Assembly (NCBI GenBank): GCA_051313645.2
Contig: JBNRSN020000024.1
Span: forward strand, 93,806,001 to 93,870,000
Length of the DNA stretch: 64,000 nucleotides
Origin: Centroscyllium fabricii
Lineage: Eukaryota
Direction of reading: 5' to 3'
Part shown: positions 39,042 through 50,929 of the stretch, piece after piece
Layout: each line of letters begins with the position of its first letter
Numbering within the stretch: the stretch's first letter is position 1
Notes under the pieces: model-generated
What the model saw: only the letters and a program-made list of their open reading frames with translations
Database searches by the model: none
Told to the model about the DNA's origin: nothing
Translations under genes and position numbers: made by a program

Positions 39042-42000
39042 TGATGCGCTATCGATAACTCCAAAAGACTAGAAGTTATACGAGTAACAAATAGGCTTTT
39101 ATTGACTAAAGAAGACGAGCGTGTCTCCAGCTGTAGACCGATCCTGAAAGCCCGGGGGAGGGGAGCTCAGTCACCTTTATACCTGGGCTTAGGGGTGGAG
39201 CCAGGGGCGGAGCCAGCAGAGACATGCACAGACAAGTTATGCACAAACAGAACAGTGGTTTGCCACATTCACCCCTTGCTTAAAATGAGTCCTGCGGGGT
39301 GAAGTGTCTCAGACGTTCGTGTAATTAAGTCTCTCCGGGGGGGTCTTGTCTGCCGTAGTGACCGTCGAGGTGCCGGCTGCAGTGGTTCATCTCCTGCGGC
39401 CGTATCCCGCGTGGGCTGGAGCCGCGACGGTCACTACGGCAGACAAGACCCCCCAGAGAGACTTAATTACGCTGGTCATGTCCGGGCAGGGGATGGCGAA
39501 CGAGAAACAGAAGTACTCATCAATGATGTTGAGGAAGTACGTGTTGCAGTCAGAGAAGGGGAGGGGCCCTTTAAAATCAACGCTCAGGCGCTCAAAGGGG
39601 TGATTGGCTTTTATCAGGTGCGCCCTGTCTGGCCTATAAAAATGCGGTTGGCACTCGGCACAGACTTGGCTGTTCCTGGTCATGGTCCTGACCGCCTCGA
39701 TGGAGTAAGGCAGGTTGCGGGCCTTAATGAAGTGGAAAAACCTGGTGACCCCCGGGTGGCAAAGGTCATTGTGGAGGGCCCGCAGCCTATCGACCTGTGC
39801 GTTAGCACACGTTCCACGGGATAGGGCATCCGGGGGCTCATTAAGTTTCCCGGGCCGGTATAAGGTATCATAATTGTCGGTGGATAATTCGATTCTCCAC
39901 CTCAATATCTTATCGTTTTTGATTTTGCCCCGCTGCTTGTTGTTGAACATAAATGCTACTGATCGTTGGTCAGTGAGCAGGGTGAATCGTTTACCGGCCA
40001 GGTAATGCCTCCAATGCCGCACAGCCTCCACTATAGCCTGGGCCTCCGTTGCTACTGAGGAGTGTCTAATTTCAGGGCCCTGGAGGGTTCGTGAAAAGGC
40101 CACTGGTCTCCCCGCCTGATTAAGGGTTGCGGCCAGGGCAAAGTCGGACGCATCGCTCTCCACCTGGAAAGGGATGGACTCGTCCACGGCGTGCATTGTA
40201 GCCTTCGCGATGTCCTCATTAATATGGCTGAAGGCTAAGTGGGCCTCTGCCACCAGGGGGAAGGAGGTGGACTGGACAAGGGGCCGGGCCTTGTCCGCGT
40301 AATTGGGCACCCACTGGGCGTAGTAAGAGAAGAACCCCAGACATCTCTTCAGGGCCTTGAGGCAGTGAGGCAGGGGTAGTTCCAGGAGGGGGCGCATCCA
40401 GTCGGGGTCAGGGCCGATGACACTGTTTTCTGCAACACAGCCAAGGATGGCGAGGCGGGTGGTGCGAAACATGCATTTTTCCTTGTTATAGGTCAAATTT
40501 AAGCGCTGGGCTGTTCGGAGGAATTTTTCAAGGTTGGCGTCATGGTCCTGCAGGTGATGGCCGCTGATGGTAACGTTGTTCAGGTAGGGAAAAGTGGCCT
40601 GCAGTGCATTCTGGTCGACCATCCGGTCCATCTCCCTTTGGAAGACTGAGGCCCGTTGGTGACGCCGAAGGGAACCCTAAGGAAGTGGTAGAGGCGGCCG
40701 TTTGCCTCGAAGGCAGTATACTGGCGGTCCTCAGGCCTGATAGGGAGTTGGTGATACGCCGATTTAAGGTCAATGGTAGAGAATACCCGGTACTGTGCAA
40801 TCTAGTTGACCATATCAGATATGCGGGGAAGGGGGAATGCGTCTAACTCGGTATATCTATTGATCGTTTGACTTTCAGTGTGGAGAGGATCCATATTGTG
40901 CGCAGCGGGTGTTTTAAATTTTTCCCGCTGCAGACTGTAAGTGGGGGCAAGGGCCCACCGTACACCATCGTGACACTCTTAAGGTGGCATTGGAAATCTA
41001 ACCCCAGTAGCACGGCAGCACAGAGCTGTGGTAGAACAAGGAGCTTGGAGCCTTTGTACTCCGTGCCCATCACAGTCAGGGTCACTACACAGTAGCTGCC
41101 GACGTCCGCTGTATGGGACTTGGAGGCCATAGAGATCCGGTGGCGTGTTGGCACGACTGAAAGGGAGTAGCGCCACACCATGTCGGGGTGGATAAAGCTC
41201 TCCGTGCTCCCGCAGTCAAACAGGCAGTTCGTAGCGTGGCCGTTTACCTGGATGTCCATTATGGACCTGGCAGGTTGGTGAGGCCTGGATTGGTCCAGGG
41301 TGATGGAGGCCAGCGTTGGGTTTGGTGGGTCGCTGTCGTACTCAGTTGAGGCGGTGGGGGAGTCGGGGGCCTGATCCCAAAATGGCGGCCTGCACGGCTC
41401 ACACGTGGCTGGTGGCCCCCACGCGGCGCTGCTGGAGTTGGATGTCGGTTTGGCGTTGCACACCTTAGCATAGTGCCCCTTCTTACCGCAACCGGAGCAG
41501 ATCGCATCTTTTGCCGGGCAGCGTTGTCTGGGGTGCTTGGCCTGGCCGAAGTAGCAGCACTTCGGGCCTCGGGACATCGCGGCTGTAGTCAGGCTGCTGG
41601 TGGGTCGTGGCGGTGGCGGTGTGGCCCTACTGAGTCCCAAGATGGCGGCGCCTGCGACATCCATGATGTGGCCGCGTGGTCAGGGGAAGTAGGCGTCCAT
41701 GTTTCGGTGAGCCACGTCCAGCGAGTTAGCGAGGGTCACAGCCTTCTGCAGGTTGAGCCCACCCTCTTCTAACAGTCTCCGCCGGGTGTAGCTGGGCCTG
41801 ATGCCAGCGACATAGGCGTCCCGGATTAAGTCCTCCGTATATTCTGTGGCCGTCACCGATTTGCACTTGCAGGCTCGGCCGAGGACTCTCAGTGCCCGTA
41901 GGTATTCGTCACCCGATTCCACAGGTAGCCAGGAGGTGTCTGGCATAGACCTTGTTGGCCGGTTTAGTATATTGATCTTTAAGGAGACTGATAGCGTCCG

Positions 42001-42455
42001 TATAGGATGTCGCGTATCGGATCATCGAATATACTTGGTGGCTCACCCCGGAGTTCAGTACTAGCAGCTTGTCAGCGTCAGACCTGACGGTAGCGCTGGA
42101 GGCCTGCAGGAATGCTTCGAAGCAGCTCAGCCGGTGCTCGAAGTTGTTGGATGCATCCGCCGTTTGAGGATCCTGCTTCAGCCGTTCCGGTGTCAGGATT
42201 TGCTCCATCATAAAATGTAGTCAATAAAATTGATGCGCTATCAATAACTCCAAAAGACTATAAGTTATACGAGTGACAAATAGGCTTTTATTGACGAAAG
42301 AAGATGAGCATGTCTCGAGCTGTAGACCGATCCTGAAAGCCCGGGGGAGGGGAGCTCAGTCACCTTTATACCTGGGCTTAGGGGTGGAGCCAGGGGCGGA
42401 GCCGGCAGAGACATGCCCAGACAAGTTATGTACAAACAGACAGTGGTTTCCCACA
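39042..42455 (-). mobile_element. Ty3/Gypsy LTR retrotransposon, internally deleted. LTRs 42231-42455 (5') and 39042-39267 (3').
   Basis: TG..CA LTRs of about 225 bp differing by about 11 substitutions and 1 indel by my count. 5-bp TSD GTGAC (39037-39041, 42456-42460). Purine-rich tract AAGCAAGGGGTGAA next to the 3' LTR. TATAAA and AATAAA in the LTR on the minus strand. Confidence 0.95.
39387..42211 (-). pseudogene. Disrupted gag-pol of the Gypsy element (Gag with two zinc knuckles, protease, RT, RNase H, partial integrase)
   Basis: CSGCGKKGHYAKVC knuckle, LFDCGS protease, IDLKSAYHQ/VPFG and a degenerate YLNN RT motif, ESDASDFALAA and TDQRS RNase H, HNDLCHPG and SVDFKGP integrase. Order PR-RT-RH-IN. 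Frameshifts, with deletions near 40870 and 39460. Confidence 0.92.
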
Positions 42456-42775
42456 GTGACTCCACAGTTAGTGAAATCCAGAACCCTAACTTTGAAAGAA
42501 GAGGAGTCACTAAGTTCTCAGTAAATTTCAGTCTCCAACCTCCCATCAGTGCATTATTTACAAGTAGATGCTGGAAGCTAAAATAAGTTTAACTCAAAAT
42601 GTTTTTTCTCTTATTATTTAAATGTAAACAGTGTTGATGGCATCATCAGGTGTGGATGGGGGACTGATCCAAACAGTACAAGGGAACTGAAGGAATTATT
42701 CAGAATCTGAATTAGGTCCTGGCATTGCCCCATGTCCAATCAATATTCAGTATTACATATTCGCACTCCTGACTC

Positions 42776-43392
42776 ACAACAACAACTTGCATTTACAACA
42801 ACTTGAATTTATATAGCACCTTTAATGTAGTAAAACGTCCCAAGGCGCTGCACAGGAGTATTTTAAGACAAAAATAATTGACACCGATCCACATAAGGAT
42901 AAATTAGGGCAGATGACCAAAAGCTTGGTCAAAGAGGTCGGTTTTAAGGAGCGTCTTAAAAGAGGAGAGAGAGGTAGAGAGGTTTAGGCAGAGAATTCCA
43001 GAGCTTCGGGCCCAGGCAACAGAAGGCACGGTCGCCAATGGTGGAGCGATTATAATCAGGGATGCTCAAGAGAGCAGAATTAGAGGAGCACAGATATCTC
43101 GGGGGGGCGGGGGGGTGCGGCTGAAGGAGATTGCAGGGATAGGGAGGGGCGAGGCCAGGGAAGGATTTGGAAACAAGGATGAGAATTTTGAAATCGAGGC
43201 GCTGCTTAACCGGGAGCCAATGTAGGTCAGCGAGCACAAGGGTGATGGGCGAACAGGACTTGGTGTGAGTTAGGACACGGGCAGCTGAGTTTTGGATGAC
43301 CTCAAGTTTACGTAGGGTGGAATGTGGGAGACCAGCCAGGAGTGTGTTGGAATGGTCAAGTCTAGAGGGAACAAAAGTATGGATGAGGATGA
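42776..43392 (-). mobile_element. L2 LINE 3' end
   Basis: LIHTFVPSRLDHSNTLLAGLP..IQNSAARVLT..LHWLPVKQRLDFKIL..GDRAF..WNSLP, with a (TTG)n tail at 42776-42787. Confidence 0.9.
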
Positions 43393-43789
43393 GGACAGGA
43401 ATATTATACTCCCTCAATAAAATATAAAATCTCATCAAGACAATGCCACGGTGATAATTCTTTTTGCAAATCATTTACTGGTGAAATGTGATCACCGTAC
43501 TAGAGATCTATAAAGAAGTAAAGCCTCTCAAATACAGACCGCTGCATTCCACTCTGGTGATCCCATCTGCCTCACAAGTTGGCACTGTTCCGACGAGTCA
43601 AATCAATCAAAGCACACAACAGAGAAAACTGCGGACTCCACTTTACACCTCATTTACTTATAAACTTCTCAGGAAGAAGGAAGATACAACGGAACTGGAA
43701 TTAAACCATTAACTGCAGGCACTCAACACCTTGGTAACCGGTCCAAGCTCGAAATGGTAAATGGGCGAGATGGTGGATGGGCAGAAGCT

Positions 43790-45754
43790 GAGGTGTGGGA
43801 CGAGGTGTCAACCTGGCGAGGCTACAACACAGGACTACTTGCATGCCAAACAACAGAAGCAACATACGATACACAGAGCTAAGCGATCTCACAACCATCG
43901 GATCAAATCAAAGCTCTGCAGTCCTGCCACATCCAGTCGTGAGTGGTGGTGGACTATTAAACAGTTAACAGGAGGAGGAGGCTCCAAAAATATCCCCATC
44001 CTCACCGATGGTGGAGCCCAGCACGAGTGCAAAAGACAAGGCTGAAGCATTTGCAACTATCTTCAGCCAGAAATGCCAAGTGGATGATCCATCTCGGCCT
44101 CCTCCTGAGGTCCCCAGCATCACAGATGCCAGTCTTCAGCCCATTCAATTCACTACACGTGATGTCAAGAAACGGCTGAAGACACTGGATACTGCAAAGG
44201 CTATGGGCCCTGACAACATTCCGGCAATGGTACTGAAGTCCGTGCTCCAGAACTAGCTGCGCCCCTAGCCAAGCTGTTCCAGAACAGCTACAACACTGGC
44301 ATCTACCCAGCAATGTGGAAAATTGCCCAAGTATGTCCTGTCTACAAAAAGCAGGACAAATCCGACCCGGCCAATTACCGTCCCATCAGTCTACTCTCAA
44401 TCATCAGCAAAGTGATGGAAGGTGTCGTCGACAGTGCTATCAAGCGGCACTTACTCAGCAATAACCTGCTAACTGACGCCCAGTTTGGGTTCCGCCAGGG
44501 CCACTCAGCTCCTGACCTCATTACAGCCTTGGTCCAAACATGGACAAAAGAGCTGAACTCAAGAGGTGAGGTGAGAGTGACTGCCCTTGACATCAAGGCA
44601 GCATTTGATCGAGTGTGGCATCAAGGAGACCTGGCAAAGCTGAAGTCAATGGGAATCAAGGGGAAAATTCTCCATTGGTTGGAATCATACCTAGCACAAA
44701 GGAAGTTGGCTGTGGTTGTTGGAGGTCATTCATCTCAACCACAGGACATCACTGCAGGAGTTCCTCAGGGCTGTGTCCTAGGCCCAACCATCTTCAGCTG
44801 TTTCATCAATGATCTTCCCTCCATGATAAGGTCAGAAGTGGGGATGTTCGCTGATGATTGCACACTATTCAGCACCATTCGAGACTTGTCAGATACTGAC
44901 GCAGTCCATGTCCATATGCAGCAAGACCTGGACAACATTCAGACTTGGGCTGACAAGTGGCAAGTAACATTCGCACCACACAAGTGCCAGGCAATGACCA
45001 TCTCCAACAAGCGAGCCTCTAACCATCTCCCCTTGACATTCAATGGCATTATCATTGCTGAATCCCCCACTATCAACATCCTGGGGGGTTACCATTGATC
45101 GGAAACTGAACTGGACCAGCCATATAAATACTGTGGCTACAAGAGCAGGCCAGAGGCTGGGAATTCTGCGGTGAGTGTCTCACCTCCTGACTCCCCAAAG
45201 CCTTTCCACCATCTACAAGGCACAAGTCAGGAGTGTGATGGAATACTCTCCACTTGCCTGGATGAATGCAGCTCCAACAACACTCAAGAAGCTCGACACC
45301 ATTCAGGATAAAGCAGGCCGCTTGATTGGCACTCCATCCACCACCTTCAACATTCACTCCCTCCACCACCGGCGCACTGTGGCTGCAGTGTGTACCATCT
45401 ACAAGATGCACTGCAGCAACTCGCCAAAGCTCCTTCAACAGCACCTTCCAAACCCGTGACCTCTACCACTTAGAAGGACAAGGGCAGCAGACGCATGGGA
45501 ACAGCACCACCTACAAGTTCCCCTCCAAGCCACACACCATCCTGACTTGGACCTGTATCGCCGCTCCTTCACTGTCGCTGGGCCAAAATCCTGGAACTCC
45601 CTTCCTAACATTGTGGGTGTACCTACACCATATGGACTGCAGCGGTTCAAGAAGGTGGCTCACCACCATCTTCTCAAGGGCAATTAGGGATCGGCACTAA
45701 ATGCAGGCCTTGCCAGCCAGCGACGCCCACATCCCATCAATGGATTAAAAAAAA
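43790..45754 (+). mobile_element. 5'-truncated CR1-group LINE of a second, distinct lineage (RT and 3' UTR, short A tail)
   Basis: KAMGPDNIP, NYRPISLLSIISKVME, QFGFR, LDIKAAFDRVWH, GVPQGCVLGP, FADD. A few frameshifts. Confidence 0.9.
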
Positions 45755-46019
45755 GATAATTTGGGTGCAAGGTGATAAGTTTGGGGGTGGGCAGTACGAG
45801 CAAACCCTCCATCCCACCAGCATCACAACTACTGTTTCTATTTAACAAAAATGAATTATTTCAGAAATTCAATCTAAAGTTGACAATACCATAATTAGGA
45901 GGAACAGTAGGGTCACAGAAGGTAGACTTGCGATTACAGAACGAGTTGGACAATATGCAAGTGAAAAGAACAACGGCCGATCAAATGTGGACCAGTGCAA
46001 AATACTGCACAGAGTCATA

Positions 46020-46755
46020 GGGCGCGAAATTCGTCAGCGCATGTTTTCTGGCGCTAAAATTAGCGCCGAGGCGCCCGATATTGGCGTTACAGCCGGACTT
46101 GCAGATTTCGGCGCTAATTCATGTCTTGCAGGCTTCCAGGCGGCCAATTTTTTGCCGCTAATTGCCGTTCCCGGGCGAAGCGCTCCCTCACCAACTGCTT
46201 GCTTCCCCTCTGCAGCCGAATAGGTCTTAAAGGGGAAGCAGAGCAGCATCTTTTCCTCCCCGCTCTCTCATCAATTGGCCGCCCGACCCTGCTCCCCGCT
46301 CTCTGATCAGTTGCTGGATCGGGTGTCGGGCGGCCCCTGAGAGGGGTTTCGGTGACCCCCGATCGGCAACTGATCAGAGAGCAGGGAGCGGGGTCGGGTG
46401 GTCCCCCTCCCCACTCTCTCATCAACTGGCCGCTCGGGCCGACTCCCCCCCCCATCAGCTGGCCGCTCGGACCGAAGAGGGAGGGTGGCCCTTTTAGCAG
46501 CGCAGCAGCGACCACTCAAACCCGCTGCAGCGCTTGCCGAAGCTGGCACTGGCAGCGCGGGGCGGCGTGGACTGGCGCAAAAGCAAATTTGGGGCGCATT
46601 TCCACGAGGATTGCTGATCGCTAATTAGCGCGCACTGACGTTTAGTGCCGGCGCTAATCACTATGCCAATTTAGCGCCCGACGCTAATTTTGGCGCTAAT
46701 TCGGCACCGGCACATTAGCGCCGATTTTCGCCACTAAGGCGCCAATTTCGCGCCC
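46020..46755. mobile_element. Non-autonomous DNA transposon with a 3-bp TSD (PIF/Harbinger-like), inserted in a CR1 tail
   Basis: Perfect 12-bp TIRs GGGCGCGAAATT / AATTTCGCGCCC, flanked by ATA on both sides. Many GGCGCTAA/TTAGCGCC subterminal motifs. Confidence 0.8.
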
Positions 46756-46871
46756 ATAGAGTTTTACAGCACAGAAACAGGCCCTTCGACCCATCGCATC
46801 TGTGCTGGCCATCGAGCCCTGTCTACTCTAATCCCATTTTCCTGCATTTGGTCCGTAGCCGTGTATGCTAC

Positions 46872-47272
46872 GGGCGGCACGGTGGCACAGTGGTTAGCAC
46901 TGTTGCCTCACAGCACTGGAGACCTGGGTTCAAATCCAGCCTCGGGTACTATCTGTGTGGAGTTTGCACATTCTCCCCGTGTCTGCGTGGGTTTCCTCCG
47001 GGTCCTCCGGTTTCTTCCCAGAGTCCAAAGATGTGCGGGTTAGGTTGATTGGCCATGATAAATTGACCCTTAGTGTTAGGGGGATTGAATATGTGGGGTT
47101 ACGGGAATAGAGTGGGATATGTGTCGGTGCAGGCTCGCTAGGGATCGAGGGATATGGGGAGAAGGCAGGGACAGGGTGCTGGGTTTGGATGATCAGCCAT
47201 GATCTCATTGAATGGCGGAGCAGGCTCGAAGGGCTGAATGGCCTACTCCTGCTCCTATCTTCAATATGTTTC
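46872..47272 (+). mobile_element. HE1-like tRNA-derived V-SINE, full length
   Basis: A box TGGCACAGTGG, B box GGTTCAAATCC, V domain GTGTGGAGTTTGCACATTCTCCCCGTGTCTGCGTGGGTTTCCTCCGG, CR1-derived tail, TSD TATGCTA. Confidence 0.9.
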
Positions 47273-47321
47273 TATGCTATGGCACTTCAAATGCTCATCC
47301 AAATGCTTCTTGAATGTTGTG

Positions 47322-47414
47322 GAGGTGCCGGTGCTGGACTGGGGTGGACAAATGCAAGAAGTCACACAACACCAGGTTATAGTCCAACAGTTTTATTTGA
47401 AATCACAATCTCTG
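47322..47414 (-). mobile_element. Penelope-type terminal fragment with a 14-bp TSD
   Basis: Reverse complement of the GTGATTT..AATAAAACTGTTGGACTATAA.CTGGTGTTGTGTGACTTCTT segment at 49681-49731, flanked by TCTTGAATGTTGTG (47308-47321, 47415-47428). Confidence 0.75.
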
Positions 47415-48627
47415 TCTTGAATGTTGTGAGGGTTCCCGCCTCTACCACCCTTTCAGGCAGTGAGTTCCAGATTCCAACCACCCGCTGGGTGAAAATGTTC
47501 TTCCTCAAATCCCCTCTAAACCTCCCGCCCCTTACCTTGAAACTATGTCTCGTTATTGACCCCACTACTAAGGGAAAAAGTTCCTTTCTATTTACCCTGT
47601 CTATGCCCCTCATAATTTTGTATACCTCTATCAGGTACCCCCGCAGCCTTCTCTGCTCTAAGGAAAACAACCCCAACCTGTCCAGTCTCTCTTCATAGCT
47701 GAAGCGCTCCAGCCCAGGTAACATCCTGGTGAATCTCCTCTGCACCCTCTCCAAGGCAATCACATCCTTCCTATAGTGTGGCGACCAGAACTGCACACAG
47801 TACTCCAGCTGTGGCCTGACCAGCGTTTTGTATAGCTCCATCATAACGTCCCTGCTCTTATATTCTATGCCTCGGCTAATGAAGGCAAGTATCCCATATG
47901 CCTTTTTAACCAACTTATCTACCTGGCCTGCTGCCTTCAGGGGTCTATGTACATGCACACCAAGGTCCCTCTGATCCTCTGTCTTTCCTAGGGTCTTACC
48001 ATTCATTGTGCATTCCCTTGCCTTGTTAGTCCTTCCAAAATGCATCACCTCACACTTTTCAGGGTTAAATTCCATTTGCCACTGCTCCGTCCATCTGCCC
48101 AACCCATCTATATCGTCCTGCAGACTGAGGCTTCCCTCCTCGCTATCCATCACCCCACCAATTTTCGTGTCATCAGCGAACTTACTGATCGTACCCTTTA
48201 CATTCATATCCAAATCATTAATATAGACTGCTAACAGCAAGGGACCCAGCACCGATCCCTGTGATTCCCCGCTGGACACAGGCTTCCAGTCACAAAAACA
48301 ACCTTCGACCATCACCCTCTGCCTTCTGCCACTAAGCCAGTTTTGGATCCACTGTGCCAAGGTGCCCTGGATCCCATGGGCTCTTACCTTCTTGACCAGT
48401 CTCCCATGCGGGACTTTGTCAAAAGCCTTACTGAAATCCAAGTATACCACATCCACTGCACTACCCTCGTCCACACACCTAGTCACCCCAGCAGTGAAGG
48501 ACATTCAGCCTCCGATCTTCGGGTAAGCATTCTCCAAGGCGGCCTTCGAGACACACGACAACGCAAAATCGTCGAGCAGAGGCGGATAGCCAAATTCCGC
48601 AACCATGAGGACGGCCTCAACCGTGAT

Positions 48628-49374
48628 ATAAGATAAGATAAGATAAGATTCAATTTATTGTCATTGTAAAGTGAACATACACAAAACAACGAAATGCAAA
48701 CATGCAATCTCCCAAATTATTAAATGTCCTTGGTCCCAGTCTGATCCTTTCCATCCCACCAGGCGCTGCAGCCACGATGCGCCCGGTGCCGGCCACGCAG
48801 GCCCTGGCGCTCCAGCCACGACGGCTTCACCAAGCCCGGCGGCCCGACGGCCCCATGACTCTCCGAGGCCCACGGCTCTCCGAGGCCCAAGGCCCGACGA
48901 CTCTTCGAGCCCCACGGCTCTCCGAGGCCCACGGCCCGACGACTCTTCGAGCCCCACGGCTCTCCGAGGCCCACGGCCCTCCGAGGCCCACGGCCCGACG
49001 ACTCTTCGAGCCCCACGGCTCTCTGAGGCCCACGGCCCGACGACTCTTCGAGCCCCACGGCTCTCCGAGGCCCACGGCCCGACGACTCTTCGAGCCCCAC
49101 GGCTCTCCGAGGCCCACGGCTCTCCGAGGCCCACGGCCCTCCGAGGCCCACGGCCCGACGACTCTTCGAGCCCCACGGCTCTCTGAGGCCCACGGCCCGA
49201 CGACTCTTCGAGCCCCACGGCTCTCCGAGGCCCACGGCCCGACGACTCTTTGAGCCCCACGGCTCTCCGAGGCCCACGGCCCGACGACTCTTCGAGCCCC
49301 ACGGCTCTCTGAGGCCCACGGCCCGACGACTCTTCGAGCCCCACGGCTCTCCGAGGCCCACGGCTCTCTGAGGC
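48628..49374 (-). mobile_element. SINE-like retroposon with AATAAA, a (CTTAT)n tail and an internal 42-bp tandem array (about 48860-49374)
   Basis: Minus-strand end CATTTCGTTG..CAATGACAATAAATTGAATCTTATCTTATCTTAT. Unit GGCCCACGGCCCGACGACTCTTCGAGCCCCACGGCTCTCCGA. Confidence 0.7.
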
Positions 49375-49644
49375 CTCGGCTTCATGTCACGCTACATGTG
49401 ACCCTGCCTGACGTAGAGTCATCCAGACCAGAGACATCTTTGTCTTGTAAGGAAATTCCTTTTTTTTAAATCATTGTGTGTTTTGCAGCATTTGACCTTG
49501 TGACTGTGCCTCATTGATCTCAGACTGATATGTTACAATATGTTAATAGGCCTTTGTGTGCTCTGCCTATCTCTGCTAAGGTGAGATGTGGGAGATCAGA
49601 TTTCTCACTCCCTTCCATATGTGCGTTCTTTAAATCAGCCTCTC

Positions 49645-49685
49645 TTTCGACTGACGAAGGGGCAGACGCTCCGAAAGCTTGTGAT
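49645..49685 (+). ncRNA. Minimal hammerhead-ribozyme-like motif in the Penelope terminal repeat
   Basis: CTGACGA-A-GGGGC-AGAC-GCTCC-GAAA-GCTT: core boxes flank a 5-bp stem II. Stem I is weak in this copy. Confidence 0.5.
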
Positions 49686-49919
49686 TTAAAATAAAACTGT
49701 TGGACTATAATCTGGTGTTGTGTGACTTCTTGAAGTTGAAACAGACTGAGGAATCTCAGTGGAGCGATGCTCACCATCTCCAACCAATGCAGAGCAGCAT
49801 GCAACAAAGCCAAGAACACTGAAATACGCAGTCTGAACAGCAAAATACAAGTCAAAGAAAGTTGTAATCAAACTGCAGAGAACTCTGAAATAACAACAGA
49901 AAATGCTGTGCTATTGTAC

Positions 49920-50410
49920 TGCAGAGAACTCTGGTCAGACCACAACTTAAGCAGAGCGTCCAGTTCTGGTTACTGAGACACAAGGAAATATACTAGCGCT
50001 GGAGATGGTGCAGAGAAGAAGGCTGAGCTCATTTCAAAGGTCTCAGTTATGAGGCAAGACTTGAGAAACTTGAGGCTTTTAACCTGGAAAGGAGGCACCC
50101 AAGAGGTGATCTTATAGAGGAATAGAAGATCATAAGTGGTATGGAAAAGGTTAATCTGAAAAATTACTTTAAACTAAATTGCAAGAGTAAAACAAAAGGA
50201 ATTTGATTCAAACCACTAAAATGTAAATTTAGGACCATCGGGAAGTTCTTCACGCAAAGAGTAATCAAAACATGGAATGCTCTCCCAGATACAGAACTGG
50301 AGGTGAAATCCTTGGAATCATTTAAGAAACAATTGATGCGGCAATGGGGGTATTTTAGGGTCTTTCTGGATGGATGAATTAAGATGGGCCAAATGGTGGC
50401 CTTCATCTAT
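49920..50410 (+). mobile_element. Old CR1 3' end
   Basis: Degenerate ctggtcagaccaca, agaggtgatcttatagagg, ttcttcacgcaaagagtaatc and atgggccaaatgg. Confidence 0.7.
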
Positions 50411-50929
50411 AATTATCCTGTGATCAATGACAAGACACCATTTGTCACAGAAGGTACCAAAGGCCACCACCCCACCCCTCCCTTTGTTATGACATTCATT
50501 CATTCATCAAAATAGTGGGAACGCTCACCCAACCGTGAATGTCTCACTGTCAGCTCCTGGGCAGTCAACTGTGGCACTGATCCAGCATCAATGCTCATTA
50601 TCTGCATCCTCCTTTGTATTGTTGGCCACCCAGTGCTGCTGTTAATAACCTTTTCAAATGATTGCCAGTCGCCTAGGTGCTTGTCATGCCAGTGCCATTT
50701 AGGCATATACTAATGGGTGTGTGCACCTGAGTTAGGATGAGCAGGGGTAGGAGGAGGGGGACAGGCTATAGCAGTCAGCTCCTGTGATTTGACTGCCTGC
50801 TCAAATTGTTACATATAAAAACCCATTGTCTCTACCAGACACAGGCGTTATGCAAGGAGATACCATGAGAGGGACTGGATATTTTTGTTTTACTGACAGT
50901 GACTGTTTTACTGTTTTTTGTTTTACTGA

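Larger units (their letters stand above)
46756..48482 (-). mobile_element. CR1 LINE (RT C-terminal half, about 350 aa still open), interrupted by the V-SINE and a Penelope fragment
   Basis: DFSKAFDKVPH, QGSVLGP, KFADDTK, LEYCVQFWSP and FTQRVVGIWNSLP in ORF 47377-48504. Confidence 0.93.
48484..49735 (+). mobile_element. Penelope-like element 3' remnant (GIY-YIG-domain C-terminus and terminal repeat), split by an insertion at 48628-49374
   Basis: GHSASDLRVSILQGGLRDTRQRKIVEQRRIAKFRNHEDGLNRD, rejoined to LGFMSRYM* at 49375-49401. A hammerhead-like core and AATAAA follow downstream. Confidence 0.8.

Noticed and set aside
48671-49385. Overlapping 170-230 aa ORFs
   Set aside because: Translations of the 42-bp tandem repeat inside a retroposon insertion.
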